A stretch of 64,000 bases of DNA from NCBI GenBank assembly GCA_951406725.2, contig OX597820.1:111476001-111540000 (forward strand). Direction: 5' to 3'. Shown here piece by piece: positions 39,001 to 52,119 of this stretch. Each line of letters begins with the position of its first letter. Positions within the stretch are counted from its first letter, which is position 1. The notes beneath the pieces are model-generated. The model worked only from the letters and a program-made list of their open reading frames with translations, ran no database searches and was not told where the DNA came from. Position numbers and translations under genes: made by a program. The stretch is from Octopus vulgaris. Taxonomy: Eukaryota.

Positions 39001-42000
39001 ATGGCTGTGTGAAAGAATGTAACAAACACATTTAATAAAAGGGCTCTAACCACATTGGAGTATTGAAATAGATTTTTAAACCTCAAAGAGCTAAAGCAGA
39101 AATAGAAAATGTATTGGATAACAGTAAAAATAAAGTCTCACTTTCTTTGTGATTAATAGCTTTTGGATTTTTTTTTCTATGATGGTGAGCTCATACGGCT
39201 TACTTTTGTCATTGTGCCCATTTTCTTTTCGCGTTTGATAGATTAACATTAATACAGATGCTTATGTCTGCTATTAACAATTTAGCTGTTAACATAAGAA
39301 CATGTTAGAGCAGTGGATTGGCAGACAAAATTGCTTTTGGTATTGTGACTGAAGCTAACTTTGACTTACATCTTCTGAGTTTGATAAACTGACAGTTAAT
39401 TAAAACTGGCTTACATAATCATAGAAATCAATATAAGGATATATTAACAGGTGACTGATATGTAAAATACATTGTTCAGTGAAAGCCTTTTACTGTATGT
39501 TCAAAACTTTCTAGTTTTGCTTTTACTTTGAACCATCTGTAGTCTACAGTCTAGTACCAGTAATATACTGCACATTAGTTGCTGATAGCTGTGAATACTG
39601 AAATGATTTCTGTATTCATGTAAATACAAACTTCCCAGATTTTAAAAACTTAAATTAAGCTTATGCATTATACATGAAAAAAGTTATCTATTTCCCCATT
39701 ATTCTCTATGGGAGTGGCAATATTTAGATTGGTGATAGCTGATGTGCAATAGAGTTTAAATTATGTATAGTAATGTTCCATTTTCTATGATAGCATCATC
39801 AATTAATGCATGCCTTCCAAACTAGCTTGGGTTGAACAGTTTTCAACAGGATCCAATGAGCCAGGAGATTGTGTCAAGCTGTCTGCTTTGACACAATTTC
39901 TACAGCTGGATGCCCTTCTTAATGTCATCCATCTTAACAGTGTGTATTGGATACTACATAAAGTGCTGATAGCTTAAGCTAGATGGAATTTGTGGGAGAG
40001 GGAGACTCAGGAAGATGTGGGACAAAGTAATAAAAACTGACCTCAGGAGATGACAAAGGACCAAGGTGATTGGCAAGTTACTGTGCTCTAGAAAACTCAG
40101 CAAAAAATGAAGTCCTAAAAGCATATGTCTATGCCTTTGCATCCAATCTGTCCCTCTCAAGCCATCCCTACAACTTTTCTTCCTAATACTCATATCCCGC
40201 CATCACTCTTCTAACCACAGCACTATTTGCTCAGCTGCTGTAATTATGGGAGCAGAACTCTCTCATTTGTACTTACTACTAGTTATCTTTCTCCATGGAA
40301 AAGGCTTCCCTTGTCAGTCAGCCCTCATTGTTAGACTCTCCCCTTACCACTTTATTTTCCTTTGACAAACCCTGAACACTTTCATATCTGCCTTAGATGT
40401 ATTTCCCCACCTCCTTTCTCATTATATTCACTACTATGTACTTTTGACCTCTGTCACTGTACATCCCCTCCTCTCTCCTCATTCACTTCACATCTCACCC
40501 CACTTATGTTCTGCCACCTCTGCTCCTCTCCACCCTTTATGCATTCATCCCTATCCCTCATCTCTAACCATCTGTCAGTCTCCTTTCACACTGTTGCAAA
40601 CTTGCCTGCTCACTCTTCCTGATCTCACCCTATACTTTTATATATGCTTTCTTGTGCCTGACACTCCATCACTGCTGGCTGTTTCTCTGTTTCAAACTGC
40701 AGTAGCCTTGTATCTTTTTAACACCAAGAGACCTTGTCCCTCTATCATACTTTAGTCCCTCAACACCTGACATAAAGCTACTTTGCAATATTACATCCAC
40801 ACTCAGTTGAGTTATTGGGTAAGCTCACTTGTGCTGGTGCTACAAAAATAAAAAAAAGCACTCAGTACTGTAAAGTGATTGGCATTAGGAAGGGTATCTA
40901 GCTGTAGTAACCATGCTAAAATAGGCATTGGAACTCAATGTAGTTCTCTGGCTCATTGGATCTTGTCAAACTGTCCAATCCATGCCAGCATGGAGAAAGG
41001 ACATTAAATGTTGATGATGATCATGTCAAGTGATAAATACTTTGGTCCTTGGTGACAACATGACCACCTGTGCTTCCTTGTGCAAACAATAGCAAAATTT
41101 TGTCGTGATCAAAATCAAATTGATTTCCAGTGTTCAATTTATAGCTTGTGTACTTTTATGACCTATGCCAGTGAAGTTTGAAGGTCACTTTCGTAATTGA
41201 ATTGTATTTCGTTTAGGATTTGTGTACTTCTGTGTTTTATATAGCAATTACACTAAATCTGACTAGACTTCTTTTTCTATATATCATAATAAAGAAACAT
41301 CAGTGTATATCCTACATGAGATTTTTTCTGAGATTTTAATACCCTTTTAGTGAACAGAAAAAAATTTTATGATTACTTGTAATTTATCAAATAATATGAA
41401 ATTACTGTAGGAAGTTCTTTATGGCTATAGTGATGTTGGTAGGAATAAGGTTATGTTTGATGAAACTGTTACAGTCATCCATTAGCTGCTATGTTCTGAA
41501 ATTCATGAAGTGTTTGTTCCTCTTGACATTTGAAGTGAATGCCTTGCTACCTTATATAATGATAAACTAACATCAATTTTCAGGCTTTGGTGGAAAAAGA
41601 GCACAAACTTCATGGTAGAAACATTGATCCCAAGCGAGCAAATCCACGAGAACCGATTAGGAAAGTCTTCGTTAGAAACCTCGACCAGAACTTGACAGAA
41701 AATGAAATTCGTGAATATTTTGGTAAATTTGGAAAGGTTTGTTTGTCAGTTTCACTTGATTAATTTATTATTTTGAAAATGGTTTGTACTGTAAGATTTG
41801 AAGTAAAGAGTATTTGCATAAGTGTCTTGTAAGAGCAGTAACTTGTATTTTAGATATAAATAGGAAAAAATAAAACTATAGATTAAATTTATATTTCTGT
41901 TAAGCTACATTGTCTGCTTCAGTTAATTTTGAAAATAATAAAAGATTTAAATTAATTTTAATTTTTTATTAGCTGGTCAATCTAGGTCTACAGTAGAAAG

Positions 42001-43819
42001 TGCTAGCAAAATGAAATTAACAATAGATTTTCTTGGTAGGTTTTAAGTAACCGTAAAACAGGAAGTTTGTATCATAGAATTTGGGGTGGTCTCAGGTAGG
42101 TTGGTATCAAATATATGGAATCTTGCCTAGTTCCTTTCAACAATTGTTAGACTGAGCTATATTGAAATGGTAGTAGATTTTAGTTTGTGTTTTTAACTGT
42201 GAGCTTCAAAACAGGTTTACAGCATTAATATATGTTTGGTGTTGATGGATTGATATACTTAAAATATTGAGAAAAATTAACTGAAGAATTATTGATCTTG
42301 CAATTTTTTGAAATATTTATGGAGGAAGGTTTTTTTGTTTTATGATATGCAGTATTTTCAAAGATAGCTTTCATTTGTATCTTCTTCATATATAATTACT
42401 TCATTGCTTGACAAATTAGAAAATTTAATAGAATTGTTAGTGATTTGCTCTTCAACCATTACAATTCAACTATGGTTGTAATACTCTCTACAATCTCAGC
42501 ATAAATATTCATTGAGCTTCATTTAGATCCTTCTCCTTTCTAGGTCAGGCAGATCATGTAGCTACCTTCTCAGATTAATACACATTAGTTAGATTTTGAT
42601 TTAACAGAATTGAATAGGGTGTGTGTAGATTAGAGCTAACATAGATTTCATATCACTTAATTTTTAGAATCTTTGTTTTTTCTTTCCAACAACTAAGACA
42701 GTTGAAGAAATTTTAGATTATTTTTTTCTATTTTCAGATAGTCAAACTGGAATTACCATATGATAAAATGAGAAATCAGCGACGTAATTATTGTTTCATA
42801 GAATTTGAATCTGAGGATGCAGTTGATAAAATCTGTGAAAATGCAGGTCATCAGATCGGTTCCAGAGAGGTAAGGACTCTAAATGTTCTGCTACTTTAAA
42901 ACCCTTTTTTTAATTACTTTAACTTAAGCTCTAAAAAGTACTTTTATCCATTAATTAAACTTTATTTTATTCTAAAATAAAGTCTAGTTATTGTAATAAG
43001 TTGGGTACTTTCCAATTTTTCTTATTCCAGGTAATGCTGTAAACTCATCATTTTAACTTGTTAATCGTTGCATCCTAATTAATGGAACATTTAAGTGGTA
43101 ACAGCAGAGTTCCATATACTACCAACTTTATTTGCATCCATCCTCTAGGAATGATTGAGGCTTACTTCTACTTCCCTGACTAGAAGATAGATTTTCTTAA
43201 AATCCATTATATCTAAACAGTAAAGGGCTTCAAGGTTAATACTACGTAAGTTATCCCTAGCTGGTATAAGTGCCATATTGATGTCTACTACGAAGGTTAT
43301 AGCTGGTTTGTGCTGATTGCATTACCAATGATTACTCCTTTTGTTCCACTTCCAGCTGCGGGGGCGCTAGTTCATGTGAATATACTGGACAAAGGAGACC
43401 CTGAATACTACTCTCGAGTTGTGGTGGTGGTCAGTACTTCGAGATACCGCAGCCACATGTGACTACACCTACTACTAGGCCTATGCAATGGTTAGAAGTT
43501 GTTAAACCAAATAATATTCTGCACTAACTGTTAATTGCCTTCTTATAGGTGACATTGTTTAAAAAATCTATCTTAGTAAAGTCTTAGTTAATGCTATAAT
43601 AAATTTATTTACAGTTTCATTTAGAAATCGTAACGACAATCAAGCTTGTCAGTAAGAGGATATCAACTGTTAAATTGTAAGTCTCGCTGTAGTAAGTCTA
43701 CTGACACAAGTTGGTAGTTTTGTTTTGACTTTTTTTTTTCTAAAGATGCTTTCCTCTTCCATTTCTCATTATTTTCATTAAAGTAGTTTCTCCCATCCCA
43801 CATTTTATATATATATATA

Positions 43820-43864
<45 letters not shown>

Positions 43865-46800
43865 ATATATATTTATATTCTCTTACTGCATTTTTCCCAT
43901 TTCTACTCTAGTGAATAATAACATTATGGGTAAAGTACTAAGTCTTTGGGGCCCTACAAGCTGGCAGATGGTAGTCTGTGGCAGTCATTTTCATTGGTTT
44001 AATTCTTTTTCATTAAGCTATTTAAGGTTAAAGATCAATTTAAAAAAAGAAATGTCAATGACTGCCATTAGATTAAAATTCAATCACTTATTGATGATTT
44101 TGATTTGAACTGATGGTGGCATATTATCAATTTTGTAGGCCCAGGTGAAGAAAGCAACTCCAGTTGCAAACCAGAGAGGAAGAGGCCGAGGAGGTATGAA
44201 CTATGGCTTTGGTGATCTAACAGAAGGCATGTGCTTTGGAGATGTTTTAATACTATTGTTAAATGAAAACTGCAAAAAGCAGCAGCTGTTGCAGTTGATT
44301 TGAAAAATGTTTTAGTATGGTGTTAGAACAATGTTTATTAATTAAGGTCAAATTGACTTGTTGAAAATGTAGTTTTAGTTTTAATGATAACAATAAATTT
44401 GGCTTTGCCATCATGTATATTCTTTATAACAAATAGTATGTATATTGACTGGTTCTTAATATTTTTTTCTGACGTGTCATGTAATTGCAAAAATGTGTTG
44501 ATTATAGGTTTCCAGTGGACCAACATTCAGTGTTTAACTCATCAAATGACTTTTTTTTTGTGCTAAAAGCATTTGCTATAGGTTGTATATCATGTCTGTC
44601 TTAACGTCATTAGGTTAGTAACATAAAACCTATTGATGATGTTTATAATGTATATGTACATTGTTTCATCATAGCACTACCAAACTCTCTGGTTGTAAAA
44701 TGCTCTTGTGCCTCGTGTCATACTTTCATCTGTGATATCTATTATTGACTTGTTCGTAGACCTAGCACTAATGACACACAAAGTGGAAATCCCATTGATT
44801 CTTCATCTCGTTTCCCACAACACAGTGTCTAATATATTGCCATACTTTGTGGGCAATTTGTTCTTTACTGTTAGATTTACAGGTGGCTATACAAAATCTG
44901 AAGAGTAATTGGGGACCAGTGGTTATTAAATTTTTCCTGACAGATGTAAATAATTGTATATGGCCAAATCTGATATATTTAACTATGGATAATGATTTCC
45001 TATGCTGACAACCAAAAAACTAACCAACTGAACATCTATTTCATTAAAAATGGAATAACCAACCTATATCTGCATTGTTTGTTGCCTGTGATTTAAAAAT
45101 TACAACTGTGATGTTCCTCTTGTAGCTTAAGATTTGATAAATATTTATTCAGACTCTCCTATTGCATCCCTGTGAATAGAACATCGATGCTTTTATAGAA
45201 ATATAATAATATATTGTCATTTTGATTATTTCTTTTCAATTGTAATGGCCTGGCTCTGCTGTTTACAAATGTTGCAGCTGATTCGATCAACTGAACAGTT
45301 TGCTCATGAAATTAACGTGCAAGTAGTGGAGCACGCCACAGATGTTTACTCTTAATGTTGTTACTGGGAGATTCAGCGCGTCACAGTGTGTGATAAGGCT
45401 AGCCCATTGAATTACATGTACATCTCATTTTTGCCAGCTGAATGAATTGGCACAACGTGTCTTGTTCAAGGACTCAATGCACCTCTTGGAATCAAACTTA
45501 GGACCATACGATTGTGAGCCAAACACCCTATATAAGTATTAGAATAGTGTTCCTTGTAAACCTACAAAGTCATTTGTAATTTCATTATCTCATTGTTATC
45601 TCACTTGAATGTTAACTTGTACCAGTTTCACTTTAATAATCCATTAGACTACCTGCTTTCTGTTTACTTTGTTGATGAATGATCTACAAAGTGTGACTTA
45701 AGGTACCTTTTCAAGTTAAATACTAAGCCTAGCTATATTCTCAATATCTGGTATCTTTATTTTCACAATTAGGTGGGCTCTGAGTTGACTGTCCAGTTCA
45801 GAAACAAAATGAAATATTTGTAGCAGAGTAGTTGAACTGATACAATAGCTAACTCCTTATGAAACTGACATAAGTACACACACACACACACACACGACTG
45901 AATTCTGCAGTTTCCATCTACTAGATTCTAATTCAAGATATTTGGTCAATCCAGGTCTACAGTAGAAAGTGCTAGCAAGATGAAATTAATTGCAGGCTGG
46001 TGTTACAATGTCTGGCTGTTTTGTTTAGCAATTACCTAAAGTTAAGTTGACATTAAAGTAACAGTTCAATTTAAAATCCACTACAACAGTGATGTTAACG
46101 TAGCAGTTTGACTTTAGTCACCTTATTCTGTACTTCATATATGATTGGTGTTGTTAGTCAATGTTATGGTTTAATGTCTGTTTCGTAGGTGGCTGGAACC
46201 AAGGTGGTTGGAACCAGGGCTACAATCAGGGCTACAACAACTATTACAACCAAGGCTACTGTGGTTATGGTGGTTATGGCGGCTATGGTGGTTATGACTA
46301 CAGTTACAATTATAACCAGGGTGCTTATGGTGGATGGGGAGACTATGGGCAAAACTATGGATATGGATATGGTAAGTAAACATTTATTATTTCATAAAGT
46401 TGTACTGGATTTGTAGTTAGAAGTATATATGATAAAATTTTGAATTGGAGAAAAAACCTACGGAAATTGACTTGTAACTGAAAAATGACATTAACTAGCA
46501 GTTGCATTGCTCTCTGGGTGATTTTCTGCTACTTTGTTTCAGGATTGTTTGTACAAAACTTTGATGTGCATATCTGCCACTACACACACACACGTTTTAT
46601 TTTTGCATATATCAGACATTAATGATCAAAGTAGTTCTGAGATTTGAGTAAAAGATGGAAATTTATATAATAATTGATTCCATTGGAACATTGTATGTTC
46701 AACAATGTGAATTAGAGGGTTTGTCAATTTTGTTAGTATGCAGATCAATATCGAAATCTTATAGAGCTTCTATTTCAATAGCTGCTCTGAAACTATATAT

Positions 46801-49800
46801 ATTATGTATTGTATTGGTGCAAGTCATCTTTTATGGCTTTCAAAATCTCACCACTTAAATTTGTATAACACAGACAGTTCTGAAGTTCATTGAACAAATT
46901 TTGGATGGGTGTTGTCATATGACAAACTTTTCACTGCTGCTTAACTCTAGGGCTTTCCTGAGGTCTGATTTCTCTGCAACACAGAGAAACCAATGTGAGC
47001 ACATTGGTATATGAACATATCAAAGAATACTTGGTTAAGGAGAATGCAGTTTGTCCAGTTTTGCTTTCTCTTCAAAGCAACATTGATTTCAAATCCGCCA
47101 TTTGTAAGCTTTGTAATGTTAGCAAACATTGTCTAAGAAATACCCTGTATTACATTGGTGCTTAACAGATAGGACAGTCTGTTCTTGAAAGTCATTGAAA
47201 TTGGTTCCTAGTTTAAAAGTTTTCTGATTGTTTAGTCCCCTGGCATCCTGTTTATTTGAACTGCTGTTACTGTTTATATCTCACATCCATTTGTCTTCTT
47301 ATCCTGTCAGTTTGATAAAGATTATCAACTGGTATCAGAATATTTGCTGCCTGTGAAAGCTGGCTCAGTGTATTGTTGTGAAGTAGCTTATTCTCTTCAT
47401 GAAATACCCTAGCCAGTCTGCTTTCTTTTAGTAAAAGTTACACACTCATTACTGATTAATAATCAGCTTTTTTTTTTTTATAGTATAGATGACAAGAAAA
47501 AAAATTAACCAAATTGTAAGAAAACTAGAAATGTGTTTGGTGTTAAATGAACAAACTTATTTATATCAAACTAATTTGTTTATGTAATTAACCTTAGTTC
47601 ATTGTCCCATTTTCAATCACTCATTTGGAAGTTTACTTGTAGGCGCATTAGTTTACAAATGTGAGGATGTCAAGTATATGACCATTGTATTTGGGTGAGT
47701 GCTATAGTAAAGTGGGTCAAGTGAATCTGAGATGCCAGTTGTATTTAAGCTGTGTACTGTTGCCTTTAAGATATTACATCACCAATATTTGCCTCACTTT
47801 CTGAAATCATTAGGACCCTCTATTGATGGGTTTTGGTGTTGAAAGATTTAGTACTCAGTTTCATTGCTTTTGCTGTTTTAATGTAATGAAGATTTTTTTT
47901 CAGCTACATCATTGTAGTGTATCCTTATATGAAGATTAGTCAGAGAGAGAAAGTACCTAGACCATGTAACAAATAACTTGTGTTGAGAAATATATTTAGA
48001 ATGTCATCATGTTGGTTCTAATATTACTGGTGTTTAATTTAAGATGGTGGATTTAGATTTAACCTTTAAATCAAGACAGGAGATCGATATTGATAGTGTT
48101 CAAATATATTATAAACTTACTATTTTAAATCATCTACATTGTTAGGATCTGATAATTGTTTAGTTTAATCCTTTAGATACTAACCCACCTGATACTGTCT
48201 CTTGTTCTATAATACAAATTTCCTATTTGATTTAAATTAAACCTGCCATCAAAATGCCGTGTTGGTTTATTTTCCAAATACCAGCTTTATTAATGACAAG
48301 GTTATTTTAATAACTTCATTTCATTCAAAGTTTATTGAAACAAAGGCTGTAAATTTTAATCAAAATGTGGAAACAAAAGGTTAAGTGTTCTGTTCTCTGT
48401 TAGTTTCACTGTATTTTGACAATAGTTAGTGAAAACAAGACTTTTTTAGATGTAAATATAAAAACTGTTTACTCATAATAGTTTTGTAATGTATTCTCAC
48501 TGCTGTATAGAGTTGTGCCTGTGTCTTGGCATCATATGATTGTTGTAAATGACATCACCATCATACAATTGCTGTTTGTTTCTAGTCTTCTGTGAAAAAC
48601 CTGTTTGGCTGTTGGGCAATATAACCTCGCTTGGACAGGTGAGGTTTGGTAACAAGGACATCTCACTATCTCACTATAGCATTTGTCAGAATTTGTCTCA
48701 AAAATTCTGTCTGTTGCATGCAAGCATGGGAAGTGGACATTAATGGTATAATATTTTGGGCAGTTAACCTTTTGTTACCATATTTCTGTTGGAATGCTTC
48801 GCCTTTGTTTCAGTTATTTTTGAAAATAAAGAATCTAGTAAAATAACTTAGTCATTATTAAACTGGTGTTTGGAACTTAAATTGAATTTAGATGGAGGGT
48901 TTTAATTTAGATCACTTTTAAAATGTAATGTGTATCATAGAAATGGGCTGTTCTATGTGGATTGATGTCAAAAAGGTTACTACAAGCTTTATCATGTTAC
49001 AACATCTTTTAACTTCAACTCCCAGATGTGTTTTGGCTATTCGACATCCTTCTGCTCTATTGTGGTTGTAGATTTCCCACATACCTCTCTGTTGTTAATC
49101 TTAATTTCTACATATACATTACATGATCTTTCAATAATTCCAGGATATGATTATGGTAGTTGGAGTGGCTATGGACAAGATCAGGGTAAGTAATGTGACA
49201 TTTTTTCCTTTTTAAATTATTTCCTTTATTTAATTTTTTTTCTCTTATATTTGAAACTTAAAACGTCCTTCTGCATGCTAACGTTTAATGAAATGGTGAG
49301 CATTTGCACCAATCTTTCCCTCAGCATAATGTGATCTAGAAGATTTCTGTAACCCAAGCTTTATTTATTTTCTGAAACTGACTGGCTTTTTTAACATTTA
49401 AAAAATTTTTATTTTTTTCTTTTCCTTTTTAAATTATCACTTCTTCAGCTTGAATACTAATGTTGCTGCATGTCTCTTTACTAGGGAACTTCCTAGCTGG
49501 CTGCTTTTCATACAGCCTAGTTGGGTTAGGGTGGGGATGATTTAAAAGGAAGTTTCACTTTTAACCAACCTAAGAAACTAGTGATTAGATAATTTTATTT
49601 TGAGAAGTATAAATTTTTCTCTTTTGTTAAAGCAGTTAATTCAATGAAATACGACATTTTTTTAAAAATCTTTAAATATTTAAGTTGTAGATATTTCTAA
49701 AATGTTTTCTTCAAAAATATATTCTAGATATATGGCACATGCTTTCCATCTAGTTTTCCTTTTTGTAGATGTAGAGGCTTGGAACTATCCCTTTATTATT

Positions 49801-50568
49801 ATTATTATTATTATTTAATTATTTTTTTTAGCTGTTTTATCACTTCAACCATAGTCTTGCATGCCAGTAGATTCCCCCTACATTGTTGCTACTGCCGTAT
49901 GAGGGCTGTTCCAGTAATTTGCTCATGATTTTGGAAGGCAGCTTTGTCATCTTCAGCTTATTGGCTTTGCTATAAAGTTTTACATTTGACTGCAAAGAAA
50001 AAAAGGAAGAAAAAACAAAACAGGGTTAAAAATACCATACAAAAAAGTATTTTAAGAAAAATCAGTTTTATAGAAATTTACTATTGCAAACTAACTTGAT
50101 GTCCAGGCCTTCCAATCCATGTTCTCAGTAGGAACAGCCCTTTGTTATTTTCTCTCTTAGATAATCCCTGTTAATTAGGAACAGTTAAATTATAGTTTTC
50201 AGGCCCCAACCCCCTGTGAATTTCACTTGTTATTTTGTGTATTTGTGACAATGCTACCGTTCCTCTTTCTTCACTTGTGTTAAACAGAAGCAGTCATGAT
50301 GCTCTAATGGAGTGTGAATCCTCACCTCTGTACTTCTCATATCTGACGATACTGTTTTGAGCAGACTTGCCACAAGTGTTGCCATCCCATCAGTTGGCAT
50401 TGTTGTTGTGCTGGCAGAAAAGTGCTGTTCTGTATTGTTTACAGCATAACTTTAATAACAATCTTGATCTCCATGTCGCCTTTTTTGGTAGGTCAACAAG
50501 CCGGCGGCTATTCTGGCAAAGCTGCAAAGAGTAGAGGACATTCTGGCTATCACCCTTACAGTCGCTGA
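28247..50568 (+). CDS. sqd: hnRNP A/B-D family RNA-binding protein (Squid/AUF1-like), 9 coding exons, 325 aa
   Basis: join(28247-28413,33263-33303,37902-38029,41584-41736,42738-42869,44139-44193,46189-46371,49144-49185,50492-50568) = 978 nt. All introns are GT-AG with consistent phases. RRM1 [18 protein letters not shown]2, RG repeat, G/Y-rich tail, C-terminal ..[15 protein letters not shown]. Confidence 0.92.
30318..30870 (-). mobile_element. Tandem cluster of 3-4 decayed tRNA-SINE copies with a GCCTTTCATCCTTTCGGGGTCGAT-type central domain
   Basis: Repeated TTTTGGCACAAG..ATCGACCCCGAAAGGATGAAAGGCAAAGTCGAC..TTTGAACTCAGAA units. Other copies near 6605, 21850, 22845 and 29377. Confidence 0.7.
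33263..33303 (+). CDS. sqd: hnRNP A/B-D exon 2 (RRM1 RNP2)
   Basis: ttttacag|(R)[13 protein letters not shown]|gtaagt. Confidence 0.93.
37902..38029 (+). CDS. sqd: hnRNP A/B-D exon 3 (RRM1 RNP1)
   Basis: cttcag|[43 protein letters not shown]|gtaaga. Confidence 0.95.
41584..41736 (+). CDS. sqd: hnRNP A/B-D exon 4
   Basis: tttcag|[51 protein letters not shown]|gtttgt. Confidence 0.95.
42738..42869 (+). CDS. sqd: hnRNP A/B-D exon 5 (RRM2 RNP1)
   Basis: tttcag|[44 protein letters not shown]|gtaagg. Confidence 0.95.
43356..43429 (+). other. Candidate poison (PTC) cassette exon in intron 5
   Basis: ctccttttgttccacttccag|CTG CGG GGG CGC TAG ... GTG|gtcagt. A GC-rich unique island inside an AT-rich intron. 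Confidence 0.5.
44139..44193 (+). CDS. sqd: hnRNP A/B-D exon 6
   Basis: ttgtag|[18 protein letters not shown]|gtatga. Confidence 0.9.
45247..45530 (-). mobile_element. tRNA-derived SINE (third family), decayed
   Basis: GTGTCTTGTTCAAGGACTCAATGC..GGAATCAAAC..CGATTGTGAGCCAAACACCCTA is the reverse complement of a tRNA-like head. Confidence 0.55.
46189..46371 (+). CDS. sqd: hnRNP A/B-D exon 7 (Gly/Tyr-rich low-complexity domain)
   Basis: tcgtag|[28 protein letters not shown]|gtaagt; 183 nt, phase 1-1. Confidence 0.93.
49144..49185 (+). CDS. sqd: hnRNP A/B-D exon 8 (42 nt, likely a cassette exon)
   Basis: ttccag|[14 protein letters not shown]|gtaagt; phase 1-1. Confidence 0.85.
50492..50568 (+). 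CDS. sqd: hnRNP A/B-D last coding exon (PY-NLS, stop)
   Basis: ttggtag|[25 protein letters not shown]. Confidence 0.9.
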
Positions 50569-50814
50569 TTCCTTTCAAGTGTAGGTGTGTATCCCATTCA
50601 TTCGTTCCTTAATTTACTATATTTTATCGATGCCTTGAGGGCTATTCCAGAATGATACTGGTGAAAGAAGTTGCTGGGACGTCCTAATTTTTTTTTACAC
50701 CCTGCTCCCTTTTTTTTAACACTTCTATATTCTTGAAGATTTTTTTTTCTCTATTTCCTTTTTTATTCCCTTTGGTCAAACATGATTTTATGTATATATA
50801 TGTATATATGTGTG

Positions 50815-50851
<37 letters not shown>

Positions 50852-51023
50852 GAGGGATCAATGCTAGGGGTACTGTGATTAATAAATTCTCATATATATG
50901 TATATACATGTATATATACACACATATTTGTATACATGTATATATATATATATATGTATATATGTACCTATATACGTGTATATATGTCTATGTATATCGA
51001 CGTATATACATATGTGTATATAA

Positions 51024-51285
51024 TAGGCACAGGTGTGGCTGTATGGTAAGTAACTTGCTTGCCAGTGGCACCTTGGGTATGTGTCTTCTACTATAGCCTC
51101 AGACTGACAAACGCCTTGCAAGTGGACTTGGTAGGCAGAAATATCAAAGAAGACTGTTCTGTGTGTGTATGTGTGTCTGTTTTGTGCCCCCACCATCACT
51201 TAGCAACCGATGTTGGTGTGTTTATGTTGGTTCGGAAAGAGACACTGGTATAATAGGTGTAACATTGTATATATATCTACATGTA

Positions 51286-51327
<42 letters not shown>

Positions 51328-51410
51328 ACACACACAGAGAATAAGCCCTGGGGTCAATTTGTTTTAACTAAAGGCAGTGCTCGAGCATGACCACAGTTAA
51401 ATTACTGCAA
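51024..51410 (+). mobile_element. tRNA-derived SINE (same family as 23737-24148)
   Basis: GGCACAGGTGTGGCTGTATGGTAAG..GGCACCTTGGGTATGTGTCTTCTACTATAGC..GGGGTCAATTTG. Confidence 0.7.
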
Positions 51411-51431
51411 TAGAATATATGCTTGTGTGTG

Positions 51432-52119
<688 letters not shown>

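Noticed and set aside
43333-43470. H/ACA snoRNA reading (hairpin, ATACTA, hairpin, ACA; ~138 nt)
   Set aside because: No two-sided pseudouridylation pocket at the expected distance from ACA. Splice signals and an in-frame stop explain the segment better. Kept only as an alternative.
46164-46416. Antisense and alternative-frame ORFs over exon 7
   Set aside because: By-products of the repetitive Gly/Tyr/Asn codons.
50292-50356. C/D-box-like ATGATG...CTGA in intron 8
   Set aside because: Imperfect C box, very short, and no convincing guide complementarity.
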